This document shows, piece after piece, positions 20,265-30,369 of a DNA stretch of 64,000 nucleotides. The position numbers and the translations under genes were made by a program. Numbering within the stretch: the stretch's first letter is position 1; each line of letters begins with the position of its first letter. The stretch is from Hyphomonadaceae bacterium (GTDB taxonomy: Bacteria > Pseudomonadota > Alphaproteobacteria > Caulobacterales > Aquidulcibacteraceae), in assembly GCA_041398345.1 (NCBI GenBank), contig JAWKUY010000004.1, forward strand, positions 125,026-189,025. The letters run 5' to 3'. The notes below the pieces were generated by a model. It saw only the letters and a list, made by a program, of their open reading frames with translations. It did no database searches and was not told the DNA's origin.

Positions 20265-22193
20265 TCACGGCGTCACAATCGCGAAGTTTGGATCGGGCGT
20301 GTCGAACACATCACCCAGTCCCTGCAATGAGCGGCGATTGCCGGAAATGCGAACCCGTCCCGCCAGCACGGCGCGCGTCATTGTCTGCGTCGCCATCGCC
20401 TGCAGAAACGCCGGACGGGCCGCGGTGATGGTTGGCGCATCGTCAAGCGTCACATCGCGCTCGTGCACAAGCACGCCATTCTCGATCGTGACCGCGAAAC
20501 GTTCATTGCGCTCCGGAAAAACCAGATTGAACGCGAAGCGGCGTGCGCCCAACCGTTCGGGATTGAGGCGCACAGCCAGCAGATCGAGGATGTAGCTGGT
20601 CGGCGTCGCCGCGACCAGGTCATTGCTCTGAATGGGCAAACCGCGCGCAGGCGGGCCGTTCTCGAGTTCACGCGCCGCAACCAGATACATGTTGCGCCAG
20701 ATGCCGCTTTCGGCCTGCCACGCCATTTCGCGATGGGTGCGCGCCAACAGCAAGCGCGCGTCCCGGTTTTCCGGCTCGGCGAACACCAGATTGTTGAGCA
20801 CACGCGCCGCCCAGCGGAAATCGCCTTCATCGAACGCGCGCTGGCCCTCCGCCAGCACGCGCGCCCCGCCACCCATCGCGCGCACAAAGCGGACTGCTTC
20901 TTCTTCCGGCGGCAGTGGATTCAAATCCGCGGGATTGCCGTCATACCAGCCCATATAGCGCTGATACACAGCGCGCGAATTGTGCATCATGGTGCCGTAA
21001 TAGCCGCGATTGAACCAGCGGCTGGCGAGCGGCTCCGGCAGACGCACCTGCTCGGCAATCTCGCGATCTGTGTAGCCCGCGTTCATCAGGCGCACGGTCT
21101 GATCGTGGAGATATTTGTACGCATCGCGGTGGCTGGCGAGAAAATCGCGCACGCGATCGCCGCCAAAACGCGGCCACGCATGGCTCGTGATCATGATCTC
21201 CGCGCGCGGGCCGAACAGGCGCAGGCTTTCGGTGAGATAATCGGCCCAGGCCTTGGCGTCACGCACAAGCGCCCCTCGCGGGGTCAGGATATTGTGCATA
21301 GTGGCGTTGGCGTTCTCGGCCATGCACACGACGGCAAAATCAGGGAAGAAGAAATTCATTTCAGCAGGCGCTTCGGCGCCTGGCGTCACCTGGAATTCGA
21401 TGCGGACGCCATCGATGGTGAGTGTTTCACCTGTGCGCCCGATAGTGCGCGTCGGCGGGATGAGCGTGTACGTGCCAGCCGACACCGCCAGACCGATACC
21501 CGAACTCATCTGCCCTTCGGGGCCCGGCGCCAGACCCGAACCGAACTGATAAAGCGCGCGCCGGCCCATGGCGTTGCCGGCGATGACGTTCTCAGTGACG
21601 GCGTACTCCATGAACCCTTCCGGCGCGATGATCTCGACGCGCCCGGCGGCGACATCGGCAGGGTCAACAACGCCGCGCACGCCGCCAAAATGGTCGGCGT
21701 GTGAATGGGTATAGATCACCGCCCGCACCGGGCGATCCCCCACAGTTCCGCGGGCAAGCGAAAGCGCTGCTTGCGCGGTTTCCATACTGGTCAGCGGATC
21801 GATGAGGATGAGCCCGGTGTCGCCGACCACGATCGTCATGTTCGAGACGTCGAAACCCCGCACCTGATAGATGCGCTCGCTCACCTGGAAGAGGCCCGCA
21901 CGCGCCAGCAGGCGCGTATGGCGCCACAAGCTCGGATTGACCGTCTCAGGCGCCTCGCCCTGCAGAAAATTGTAAGCGTTGAAATCCCAGATCAAGCGGC
22001 CGTCGGCGCCGCGAATGTCAGTCTGGGTCGGCCCGGCAATGAAGCCGCGCGCGGCAAAATCTTCATCCTCGCGGTCGCTCGATGGCAATGCCTGCGACAT
22101 CGCAGCATTTGCCGCGCGCGTCGCTGCGCTGACCTGCGCGTGCGCCAAGCCGGGAATTACTGCAAGCAACGCCGCGACAAAAAATGCGCGCAT
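20265..22193 (-). CDS. Alkyl/aryl sulfatase (SdsA1/BDS1 family metallo-beta-lactamase) with SCP2-like C-terminus
   Basis: Signal peptide, IYQVRGFD, THSHADHFGG, EAPAEM, RGYYG, WYDGNP; GGAGG RBS before 22193. Confidence 0.9.
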   Translation of the reverse strand: MRAFFVAALLAVIPGLAHAQVSAATRAANAAMSQALPSSDREDEDFAARGFIAGPTQTDIRGADGRLIWDFNAYNFLQGEAPETVNPSLWRHTRLLARAGLFQVSERIYQVRGFDVSNMTIVVGDTGLILIDPLTSMETAQAALSLARGTVGDRPVRAVIYTHSHADHFGGVRGVVDPADVAAGRVEIIAPEGFMEYAVTENVIAGNAMGRRALYQFGSGLAPGPEGQMSSGIGLAVSAGTYTLIPPTRTIGRTGETLTIDGVRIEFQVTPGAEAPAEMNFFFPDFAVVCMAENANATMHNILTPRGALVRDAKAWADYLTESLRLFGPRAEIMITSHAWPRFGGDRVRDFLASHRDAYKYLHDQTVRLMNAGYTDREIAEQVRLPEPLASRWFNRGYYGTMMHNSRAVYQRYMGWYDGNPADLNPLPPEEEAVRFVRAMGGGARVLAEGQRAFDEGDFRWAARVLNNLVFAEPENRDARLLLARTHREMAWQAESGIWRNMYLVAARELENGPPARGLPIQSNDLVAATPTSYILDLLAVRLNPERLGARRFAFNLVFPERNERFAVTIENGVLVHERDVTLDDAPTITAARPAFLQAMATQTMTRAVLAGRVRISGNRRSLQGLGDVFDTPDPNFAIVTP

Positions 22194-22296
22194 AATCCCC
22201 TCCATGGCCGGATGCGTGCGCCAACATGCGCCGCCTTGGCGTGCGCGGCAACATCGCAGCCGCACCGTGCCGTAAGGTGAACGTGCCCGCCTGGTT

Positions 22297-24789
22297 TCAG
22301 CTCATCGCTTCCGCGATCAAACTTGCCGCCTCCGCGAGAATAGCCTCTTCAGCCTGCCCTTGGATGGGCACACGGCCCATTTCGAGCATGACCGGCGCGC
22401 CAAAGGGCGACACATGCGCCAGATCGCGATGGACGATGTTGCCGCGGGCGCGCTGCAGCAAGGCGCCCACGCGCTTGATGTCAAGATAACCCTCCCCCGC
22501 GTCGGCAAAGGCGGCCTGCAGGAGAATATGATCGGGCTCGTATTGCTTCAGCACATCGAAAATGAGGTCCGACGAGAACGAGATTTGCCTGCCGGACTTG
22601 CGCGCCTGCCCCGGCGTCTTGCGCTCGATCATGCCGGCGATTTGCGCGCATTTGCCGAACGTCGCTTTCATCAGCGTGCTTTCAGCGAGCCACGCCTCCA
22701 AATCGTCGCCCAGCATATCCTCGTCAAACAATGCGGCGAGACCGACATCGCCCATGGGCTCTAGCCCCCACACGCACATCGCGTACTCGCTTGCCAGGAA
22801 GCCGAGCGGATGCTTGCCTGCGCGCTCAAGCCGGCGCGTGATCAGCATGCCCAGTGTCTGGTGGGCGAGACGGCCCTCAAACGGGTAACACACGAGATAG
22901 TGCTTGAGCGCGCGCGGGAAGGTTTCGACCAGCATTTCGTGCGGTGCAGGCACGACGCTGCTGCGCTTCTGCATTCTGATCCATTCGCGCACCTGCGGCG
23001 GAAGCGCCTTTTGCCGCTTCGGATCGTGCAGCATTTGGCGCACGCGCTCAGCCAGGAACGTCGAGAGCGGAAATTTACCGCCCGCGTACGAAGGAATGGA
23101 TGGGTTCTCCTGGCCCGCCGCACGAACGACCAGCGCGTCGGTGTCGCGTACGCCGACAAGCCGCAGAACCTCGCCCGCAAACAGGAAGCTGTCGCCCGGC
23201 GTGAGCCCCTCGATGAAATATTCCTCGATCTGCCCGAGGCGCCGGCCTGCGACGAGCGGCGCCGGGGCGCCGGCGAGCCCGGTTCCGCGCGCACGGTGCG
23301 CAAGACGCACGTCCAGCATCTCGCTCTCAATAATAGCGCCGATATTCATCCGATGTTGTTGCGCGACGGCCGCGTTGCGCGTGCGCCAGCGGCCCGTCGC
23401 CGGATCGTTCACGATGCGCCTGTAGCGATCGTAGGCCCGCAGCGCATAACCGCCCGTGGCGACGAGATCGAGCACACGATCGAACTGCGCGCGCGCCAGG
23501 CCCGCGTAAGGAGCCGTCGCGGTGATTTCGGCGTAGAGTTCATCGGCCTTGAACGGCTCGCCACAGGCGCAGCCCATAATGTGTTGCGCCAGGCAATCGA
23601 GGCCGCCCATGCGCGGCCCGCCCCCATCGAGCGCCCCCTCCGCGACGGCGTCCTGCGCGGCTCTGCACTCAAGAACCTCGAACCGGTTGGACGGCGCAAG
23701 CAGGGCCCGCGAAGGCTCGTCGAGCCTGTGATTGGCGCGTCCAATCCGCTGCACCAGCCGGGCGCAGCCCTTCGGCGCGCCAATCTGTATGACCAGATCC
23801 ACATCGCCCCAATCGATGCCCAGATCGAGCGTAGATGTGCACACAACGGCCCTGAGCTCGCCGCGCGCCATTGCGGCCTCCACCTTCCGGCGCTGCGCAA
23901 CGTCAAGCGAGCCGTGATGCAGCGCTATGGGCAAAGCATCATCGTTGGCGCGCCACAATTCCTGAAACGTCATTTCCGCCTGCGCCCGCGTATTGACGAA
24001 CACCAGCGCAAGCTTGGCGCGCTTGATCGCCTCATAGACCTCAGGGATCGCGTGGCGGGCGGTGTGGCCGGCCCAGGGGATGCGCGCGTCAGAGTCCAGC
24101 ACATCGATGATCGGCGCCGCGCCGCGCGCCGCGCGCACAATGATGTCGGCCTGCGCATCTCCGGTGAGCCAGTGCGCCAAGGCCGGTTCATCGGCCACCG
24201 TGGCGCTCAGGCCAATGCGTTTGTGCTTGGGCGCCCAGGCACGCAGCCGCGCAAGCGCCAACGCCAGCAAATCTCCGCGCTTCGTCGGCGCCAGCGCATG
24301 TATTTCGTCGATTATCACCGTCTCGACATCTTCAAAGAACACGCGCGCATGTTCCGAGGCGATAAGCAGGCACAGCTGCTCCGGCGTCGTCAGCAGGATG
24401 TCAGGCGGGTGCGCGCGTTGGCGTTGGCGCTTGTGGGGCGGCGTGTCGCCCGTGCGGCTCTCTATGCGCAGCTGCAACTGCATCTCGCACACCGGCGCTT
24501 CAAGGTTGCGGGCAATGTCGGTGGTCAGCGCCTTCAGCGGCGAAATGTAAAGCGTGTGCAGGCGGTGAGGCCTGCGCGCGCCCCCTTCATCGGCGCGCCC
24601 GGCCAACGCCATGAGGCTGGGAAGAAAGCCCGCCAGCGTCTTGCCCGCGCCCGTAGGCGCAATCAGCAGCGTCGAGCGGCCTTCGCGAGCTCGCCGGGCA
24701 AGTTCAAGCTGGTGTGGGCGCGGCGACCAGCCGCGCGCGCCGAACCAGGCGGCGAACGCTGGCGGAAGCAGAGGCGTGGGCGCGTCCAT
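22297..24789 (-). CDS. Ligase-associated DNA damage response Lhr-family DEXH helicase
   Basis: APTGAGKT, YISPLKAL, DEIH, LSAT, LDLGIDWG, QRIGRANH. Confidence 0.9.
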   Translation of the reverse strand: MDAPTPLLPPAFAAWFGARGWSPRPHQLELARRAREGRSTLLIAPTGAGKTLAGFLPSLMALAGRADEGGARRPHRLHTLYISPLKALTTDIARNLEAPVCEMQLQLRIESRTGDTPPHKRQRQRAHPPDILLTTPEQLCLLIASEHARVFFEDVETVIIDEIHALAPTKRGDLLALALARLRAWAPKHKRIGLSATVADEPALAHWLTGDAQADIIVRAARGAAPIIDVLDSDARIPWAGHTARHAIPEVYEAIKRAKLALVFVNTRAQAEMTFQELWRANDDALPIALHHGSLDVAQRRKVEAAMARGELRAVVCTSTLDLGIDWGDVDLVIQIGAPKGCARLVQRIGRANHRLDEPSRALLAPSNRFEVLECRAAQDAVAEGALDGGGPRMGGLDCLAQHIMGCACGEPFKADELYAEITATAPYAGLARAQFDRVLDLVATGGYALRAYDRYRRIVNDPATGRWRTRNAAVAQQHRMNIGAIIESEMLDVRLAHRARGTGLAGAPAPLVAGRRLGQIEEYFIEGLTPGDSFLFAGEVLRLVGVRDTDALVVRAAGQENPSIPSYAGGKFPLSTFLAERVRQMLHDPKRQKALPPQVREWIRMQKRSSVVPAPHEMLVETFPRALKHYLVCYPFEGRLAHQTLGMLITRRLERAGKHPLGFLASEYAMCVWGLEPMGDVGLAALFDEDMLGDDLEAWLAESTLMKATFGKCAQIAGMIERKTPGQARKSGRQISFSSDLIFDVLKQYEPDHILLQAAFADAGEGYLDIKRVGALLQRARGNIVHRDLAHVSPFGAPVMLEMGRVPIQGQAEEAILAEAASLIAEAMS

Positions 24790-24867
24790 GATCTCTTGTT
24801 TAGCTGAAATTCCCGCCCGCCGAAGCCCGCCGTTGAGCCGCCACATTCGCAATGCCAGAATTGCGGC

Positions 24868-25545
24868 ATGCTTCGCTTCGTTCGCATCTCGGCGCTTGCC
24901 GCCCTCGCCACCCTGCTGGCCGCCTCCGCTTCTGCGCAGAATGCGGCAATTCCTGCCATGCTGATGCAGGCCATCGCGGCGACACAGGCGGCGAAGGCCG
25001 ATTACGCCTTCGACTTTGAGCTCACCAGCGCTGACGCCAGCTGGCGTGCGCGGTTCGAACCTGGCGCCACGCCGCGCTTGCGGCTAGTGGCGCCAAACCG
25101 CGACGAATTGGCAAACGATCAACGCCGCGCGTTCGACCGCATGGCGGAAGAATTCGAGGGCGTCTCCTGGTGTGCAGGAGAAGGCATGGGCCAGGTCCGT
25201 GACGTGCGCCTCCTGCGCGAGGACGACGCCACCGTGACCTATTCATTCCAACCCACACGCGAAAGCGTGCGCGGCGCCCAGGCGCGCAACTTCGCCGACC
25301 GCATGCGCGGCGAAGTCACGCTCACCAAGGACAATCCGGACATTACGCGCCTGCGCATCTACACGCCATCGCCGGTGAGCCCTATGCCCCTGGTGCGCAT
25401 CGATCGCTTCAACCTCACCATCTCTTGCCAGACAGCGCCGAACGGGCGGCGCTATGCGGCCGACACCGTGGCCGAAATCCATGGATCCGCCTTCGGCCAG
25501 GCCCTTGACGAGCGCACCACACAGCGCGCACGCAACCTGCAATGA
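24868..25545 (+). CDS. Exported hypothetical protein
   Basis: Signal peptide ending ASA-Q; host-like codon usage. Confidence 0.7.
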   Translation: MLRFVRISALAALATLLAASASAQNAAIPAMLMQAIAATQAAKADYAFDFELTSADASWRARFEPGATPRLRLVAPNRDELANDQRRAFDRMAEEFEGVSWCAGEGMGQVRDVRLLREDDATVTYSFQPTRESVRGAQARNFADRMRGEVTLTKDNPDITRLRIYTPSPVSPMPLVRIDRFNLTISCQTAPNGRRYAADTVAEIHGSAFGQALDERTTQRARNLQ

Positions 25546-25557
25546 AGCCACTCACGG

Positions 25558-26280
25558 ATGGGGGCCATGAGTACGAAACATTACACGCGCCTGAGCGCTC
25601 AACGCATCATCGAGACGCTTGAAAAGCTTAATCTGCGCATTGTCGAGCGCTTCTCCAACGCGGGCCTCGCGCACGTTTGCACAAGCCTCATCGAAACCGC
25701 CCGTTTCTGCGCCCGTGACGCAGCCAAGCTATCGCGGCCAGACTATGTCTGGCGCGCCGCGGCGCTCGCCCTTGCGCTCGGCGGCGTCGCCGCGCAGGTG
25801 ATGGCGTTCCGGTTCCTGCACCTGGAAGATCAGCACTGGAGCGCTCCCGATCTTGTGCAGGGCCTGGAAGCGGCGGTGAATCTGCTCATCCTGTTCGGCG
25901 GCGCGATCTGGTTCTTGTTGACGCTTGAAGAACGCGCCAAGCGTGAGCGCGTGCTGGGCGCCCTGCACCGACTGCGCTCGCTTGCGCACGTCATTGACAT
26001 GCACCAGCTCACGAAGGACCCCACGGTGCTCCTGGCCGGCGCCAACCGCACTGGCGCCTCCCCGGAGCGGACCATGACGCGGTTCGAGCTCACGCGGTAC
26101 CTGGATTATTGCGCCGAGATGCTGGCGCTGATCGGCAAGCTGGGCGCGCTCTACGCCGAGCGCACGCGCGACAGCGTCGTGATCGAAGCAGTCAACGACA
26201 TCGAGAATCTGACCACCGGCCTGGGCCGCAAGATCTGGCAAAAGATCACGATTATCGGTGCGCTTGAGGAGCACCGTTAG
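25558..26280 (+). CDS. Conserved two-TM hypothetical protein
   Basis: Two TM helices, then HVIDMHQLTKDP and RYLDYCAEML. Confidence 0.75.
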   Translation: MGAMSTKHYTRLSAQRIIETLEKLNLRIVERFSNAGLAHVCTSLIETARFCARDAAKLSRPDYVWRAAALALALGGVAAQVMAFRFLHLEDQHWSAPDLVQGLEAAVNLLILFGGAIWFLLTLEERAKRERVLGALHRLRSLAHVIDMHQLTKDPTVLLAGANRTGASPERTMTRFELTRYLDYCAEMLALIGKLGALYAERTRDSVVIEAVNDIENLTTGLGRKIWQKITIIGALEEHR

Positions 26281-27652
26281 CCGGGGGCGGCCGCACAAAC
26301 AGAAGCAGGGCAAGGCCGGCCACAAGCAGGATGGCCACCGAGGCGAAGCCAGCGCGCTGGCTATGATAGGCGGAGGTGAATATCTCAACCAGAAGCGGGC
26401 CCAACCACGCCGTCGCGGAGCCGGACAGAGCGTAGAGCCCGAACAGCTCCCCTTCCATGCCCTTGGGCGCGAGCCGCGCCATCAGCGTGCGGCTCGATGC
26501 ATAGGCGGCGGTGATCGAAATCGCCGCAAAAATCGCGACGCCGACATAAGCCAGCTCTGGCGCGGTTTGAAACACCGGGCCGTTCCACACGTGCGCATCC
26601 GCATCCACAGGAAGCACGAAGAACATCCGCCCCGGCGCCATTGACACCATGGCGATCAGGCTCGTGAGCGCCATGACGAGCTCAACAATCACCGCACGTT
26701 TTGGTCCGACATGGTGATCGAGCCAGCCGCCGGCGAAACCGCCCAGCACGGCAAAGAGCGTCAAGGTCGCGCCGAGGGCGAGCATCTCGATCAATCCCCA
26801 GCTCATCACGCCCGCAGCGTAGACGCCGCTGAAGATCAGGATCGCCGTCTTGCCGTCGGCATAAAGCATGCGCGCAAACAGAAACAGCGCCACATTGCGA
26901 TAGTGGCTGAGTTTGCGGAGCGTGCGTAGAACATTGCCTGCCCCATGCCGCAAGGCGTTGCCGAACTTCTCCCCCGTCGTGTCCAGGTCCGGCGTGTACA
27001 GGAAGAGCGGAACAGAAAAGACCAGCAACCACCCTGCCGAGATCAGCGCAACAACGCGGCTTGGTTCGTGCTTGGCGGGATCAAGCCCGAACAGCGGCGC
27101 GTCGAGCACAAACGGCCAATGCACCTGGCCCGGCAGTGCGACGCCAACGAGCACAAAAACCAGGAGAAGCACCGAAGAGAGATTGCCGAGCGACAGCCCA
27201 AGGCCGGAGACATGGTGCAACACCTCGGGGTGGGCGGCGCGCACCAGCATCGAATTGTGAAACACCTCGGTATAGACGAACATCACGCCCGCGAACGTCA
27301 CGGCAGCGCCGATCAGCCAGAGCGGCAGGCCGCCCTCGCCTGCCGGCAAGGCCCAATATTGCGCGAGGGTGGCGCCAGCGAGCATCAGCACCGCCGCGCC
27401 CAACAGCGGTTTGCGCCGGCCCATGCGATCGCTGGCCGCGCCCAGGAACGGCGCGGTCAAAGCGATAATGATGCCCGACGTCTTGTGCCAGCCGGATATG
27501 ATCGCCTGACCGCGCACCGGATCGCCGATCACCACTGTCGAGATGTAAGGCGCCATCACGTAAATCGTGCACAGGAGCACGTACGGATTGCGGGCCCATT
27601 CAAACAGCGCCCAGCTCCAAGCGCCGCGATCGATGATCGGTTTGCTTTCCAG
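26252..27652 (-). CDS. MFS transporter (UMF1/Atg22-like)
   Basis: WALFEWARNPY, SDRMGRRK, EGELFGLYAL; the conserved N-terminus lies upstream of the track start, implying a CTG start at 27652. Confidence 0.85.
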   Translation of the reverse strand: MESKPIIDRGAWSWALFEWARNPYVLLCTIYVMAPYISTVVIGDPVRGQAIISGWHKTSGIIIALTAPFLGAASDRMGRRKPLLGAAVLMLAGATLAQYWALPAGEGGLPLWLIGAAVTFAGVMFVYTEVFHNSMLVRAAHPEVLHHVSGLGLSLGNLSSVLLLVFVLVGVALPGQVHWPFVLDAPLFGLDPAKHEPSRVVALISAGWLLVFSVPLFLYTPDLDTTGEKFGNALRHGAGNVLRTLRKLSHYRNVALFLFARMLYADGKTAILIFSGVYAAGVMSWGLIEMLALGATLTLFAVLGGFAGGWLDHHVGPKRAVIVELVMALTSLIAMVSMAPGRMFFVLPVDADAHVWNGPVFQTAPELAYVGVAIFAAISITAAYASSRTLMARLAPKGMEGELFGLYALSGSATAWLGPLLVEIFTSAYHSQRAGFASVAILLVAGLALLLFVRPPPANGAPQAHR

Positions 27653-28687
27653 CTAGCGCCCGCCTTTCAGCGCTTCCGCGGTCTCGGACGCGATGCGGCG
27701 GATTGCGGCTTCCGCGGCCGGCGCAGCCGAAGGGAACGCCACAAAGCCGTGCGGCAGCGATTCAAAGCAGGTGTAGGTTACGGGCACGCCAGCTTCGCGC
27801 AGACGTTCCGCGTAGGCGCTGCCCTGGTCGAGCAGAATGTCAAAGCCCGCTGTGTAGATCAGAGCCGGCGCCACGCCGCGCAAATCCTGCGTGCGCCCCG
27901 GCGACATGCGCGGCTCGCTCGGATCGAGGCCCGCCGGCATGTATTGTTTCATGAAGAAAGACAGCGTCTCCGCCGTCAGCGGCCAAGCGTCGGCAAAATC
28001 ATGCATCGATGGCGTCTCGCTGACGAGATCGACGCCGGGATAGATCAGGAGCTGCAGCACAGGCCCGCGCGCTCCGCGCTGCTCCTGCGCGATAATGGCG
28101 GAGAAGTGCCCGCCCATGCTGTCGCCGCCTACGGCCGCCTTGCCCGCCGGCGCGCCGTAGCGGGCTGCATTGTCGAGCGCCCACAGATAAGCGGCGATGC
28201 AATCATCAAGCCCCGTTGGGTACTTGAACTCCGGCGCCAGACGGTAATCGACCGAAAGCACCGGCGCGCCCGCTTCCTTGGCGATCAGGCCGCAAAGCCG
28301 GTGACAGCTCTCCAGCGTGCCGACCACGCCGCCGCCAAAGTGGTAGTACACCATCATCGCGGCGGTGTTGTCGCGCACTGTCGGCAAATAGAGCCGCGCG
28401 GGCACTGAGTGGCTTCTGCCGGTGATGTAGATCTTTTCGGTGCGCACCCCAGAGACGCGTCCGCCGCCGAACAGCGCCGCGCCCGCATCGGTTTGCGCGC
28501 GCAGGGTGGAGACGGTCATCTGTTCCCAGGGAATGGCGCGCTTGCGCGCCTGCGCTTCCAGAAATTGCATTCGCGCATCGAGCGTCATGCCTCGCACGGT
28601 GCGCGGGGCGCCGCCGGAGGCCCTGATCAAGGCAGCGTCTGACCGCGCCAAGGCAAGATGGACAAGCGCTTTGCGCAGCCAGGACAA
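27653..28687 (-). CDS. HSL-family esterase/lipase
   Basis: HFGGG oxyanion region, VDYRLAPE, GDSMGG, FDIL..HGF; AAGGAG RBS then TTG at 28687. Confidence 0.9.
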   Translation of the reverse strand: MSWLRKALVHLALARSDAALIRASGGAPRTVRGMTLDARMQFLEAQARKRAIPWEQMTVSTLRAQTDAGAALFGGGRVSGVRTEKIYITGRSHSVPARLYLPTVRDNTAAMMVYYHFGGGVVGTLESCHRLCGLIAKEAGAPVLSVDYRLAPEFKYPTGLDDCIAAYLWALDNAARYGAPAGKAAVGGDSMGGHFSAIIAQEQRGARGPVLQLLIYPGVDLVSETPSMHDFADAWPLTAETLSFFMKQYMPAGLDPSEPRMSPGRTQDLRGVAPALIYTAGFDILLDQGSAYAERLREAGVPVTYTCFESLPHGFVAFPSAAPAAEAAIRRIASETAEALKGGR

Positions 28688-28703
28688 TCGCCGTCTCCTT
28701 ACG

Positions 28704-29321
28704 TCATGACTGGCGCGGGGCGCCGCCAAGACCCTTCAGTATCAGACCGGTGGCGAAATCCGCCGCGGCGTCGATATCGGGCGGCACGCGCCGCAACATC
28801 GCCGTGCCTACCTCTTGCGCGATGCCGATGCAGGCGCAAGCCAGATAGTCGGCGTCAACGCGCGGGGCGTCCCCATGCGCGATCGCCTCCTCAAGGCCCT
28901 GCCGCACTTCCAGGTAGACGGCCATCATCTCTGGCGTGTCGAGCCGCAGGTGCGGGCGGCGTTCGTCGATAGGCCTGCCTTCAAGCTGGTTGTCCTCGAC
29001 GATGAACCGGAAGTACGCGACGAACGCGCTGTGCAAATAATCCTCGAACGAGCGCGCATTCTCGCGCGCGCGGCGCAGTATCGGCTTGAACCGACGGGCG
29101 CCGTCGTCAGCCAGCGCCTCGAAGACTTCTTCTTTCGACTTGAAATAGTTGTAGAACGTGCCCGAGGCGAGTTCAGTGCCGCGAATGATGTCGCGAACCG
29201 TCGCCGCCTCGTAGCCCAGCTGCGCGAAGACGCGCCGCGCCGCCGCGAGGATGGCCTGACGGTTGGCCGCCTTCGTGCGTTCGCGCTTGCCGATCGGCTC
29301 GACGGCGGCTGGCTGGCTCAT
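28704..29321 (-). CDS. TetR/AcrR family regulator
   Basis: ILAAARRVFAQLGYEAATVRDI..GTFYNYFKSKEE. Confidence 0.9.
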   Translation of the reverse strand: MSQPAAVEPIGKRERTKAANRQAILAAARRVFAQLGYEAATVRDIIRGTELASGTFYNYFKSKEEVFEALADDGARRFKPILRRARENARSFEDYLHSAFVAYFRFIVEDNQLEGRPIDERRPHLRLDTPEMMAVYLEVRQGLEEAIAHGDAPRVDADYLACACIGIAQEVGTAMLRRVPPDIDAAADFATGLILKGLGGAPRQS

Positions 29322-29426
29322 GCATGCTTCCAAGGTGACTTCGGTTTCATGTCATAGCGTCACAAAAATGACGACACGTCAACTTCCGGCATTGTCCGCG
29401 CGCGTGGCGCGCTGCTAGCTAGGGCG

Positions 29427-29927
29427 ATGAGCGCCCAAGACCCCCCAAAGCCAGGATATGACGCAGGCGACGATCCGCTGCAGCGGGTCCGCATGATGTT
29501 TCAGTTCACGCCGCACGCCCGCGCGCTGGGGATCGAGGTCACGAAGGTCGAGCCCGCACGGATATGGGGCCGGGCGCCCTATCGCGACGATTTGGTCGGC
29601 GACCCCGAAACGGGCGTGATCGCGGGCGGCGTAATCACTACCTTTCTCGATCAGCTTTGCGGCGCGGCCGCGGTCGCGGCCATGGAAACCCCGACGACAG
29701 TCGCCACCATTGACCTGCGCATCGACTACATGCGCCCAGCCGCGCCGGGCAAGGACGTCCTGGCCGAAGCCCATTGCTATAAGCTCGGCCGCAGCATCGC
29801 CTTCGTGCGCGCAGTCGCGTACGACGAAACACCGGACAATCCCGTCGCGCATGTAGCGGCCGCCTTCATGGTCAACTCGAGCGCGGGCCGGAAGATGGGC
29901 GCCAATTTACGGGCGAAGAAGTCGTGA
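29427..29927 (+). CDS. PaaI family thioesterase
   Basis: GVIAGGVITTFLD, ATIDLRIDYMRPA. Confidence 0.9.
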   Translation: MSAQDPPKPGYDAGDDPLQRVRMMFQFTPHARALGIEVTKVEPARIWGRAPYRDDLVGDPETGVIAGGVITTFLDQLCGAAAVAAMETPTTVATIDLRIDYMRPAAPGKDVLAEAHCYKLGRSIAFVRAVAYDETPDNPVAHVAAAFMVNSSAGRKMGANLRAKKS

Positions 29928-30349
29928 GCGCTCAGCAAGAACGCGTCGCCGCTGCACTGGCGCGCATTCCATATGCCAAGTTTCTTGGCCTTCACGCCGA
30001 ACTTAAGGGCGATGAGCTAACGCTGGTGCTGCCGTTCAACCCCGAACTGGTCGGCAATCCGTTACTGCCGGCGCTGCACGGCGGCGTCGTGGGCGCGCTG
30101 ATGGAAATGACGGCGCTGACGCAGCTTGCCATCTCCTCCAAGAGCGAGGTTTTTCCCAAGACCATCGATATTGGCATCGACTATCTGCGCTCGGGGCGCC
30201 CTATCGACACGTACGCGCGTGCGCGCGTCGCCAAGATCGGCCGCCGCATCGCCAACGTGCAGGCGGAGGCCTGGCAGAACGAGCGCAGCGCGCCCATTGC
30301 GTCCATGCACGGGCACTTTCTGCTGCCGCAAGAGGCCGGCGAGAGCTGA
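29924..30349 (+). CDS. PaaI family thioesterase
   Basis: GNPLLPALHGG, TIDIGIDYLRSG. Confidence 0.9.
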   Translation: MSAQQERVAAALARIPYAKFLGLHAELKGDELTLVLPFNPELVGNPLLPALHGGVVGALMEMTALTQLAISSKSEVFPKTIDIGIDYLRSGRPIDTYARARVAKIGRRIANVQAEAWQNERSAPIASMHGHFLLPQEAGES

Positions 30350-30369
30350 CCGCCGCCCGGCTTGAGCAG

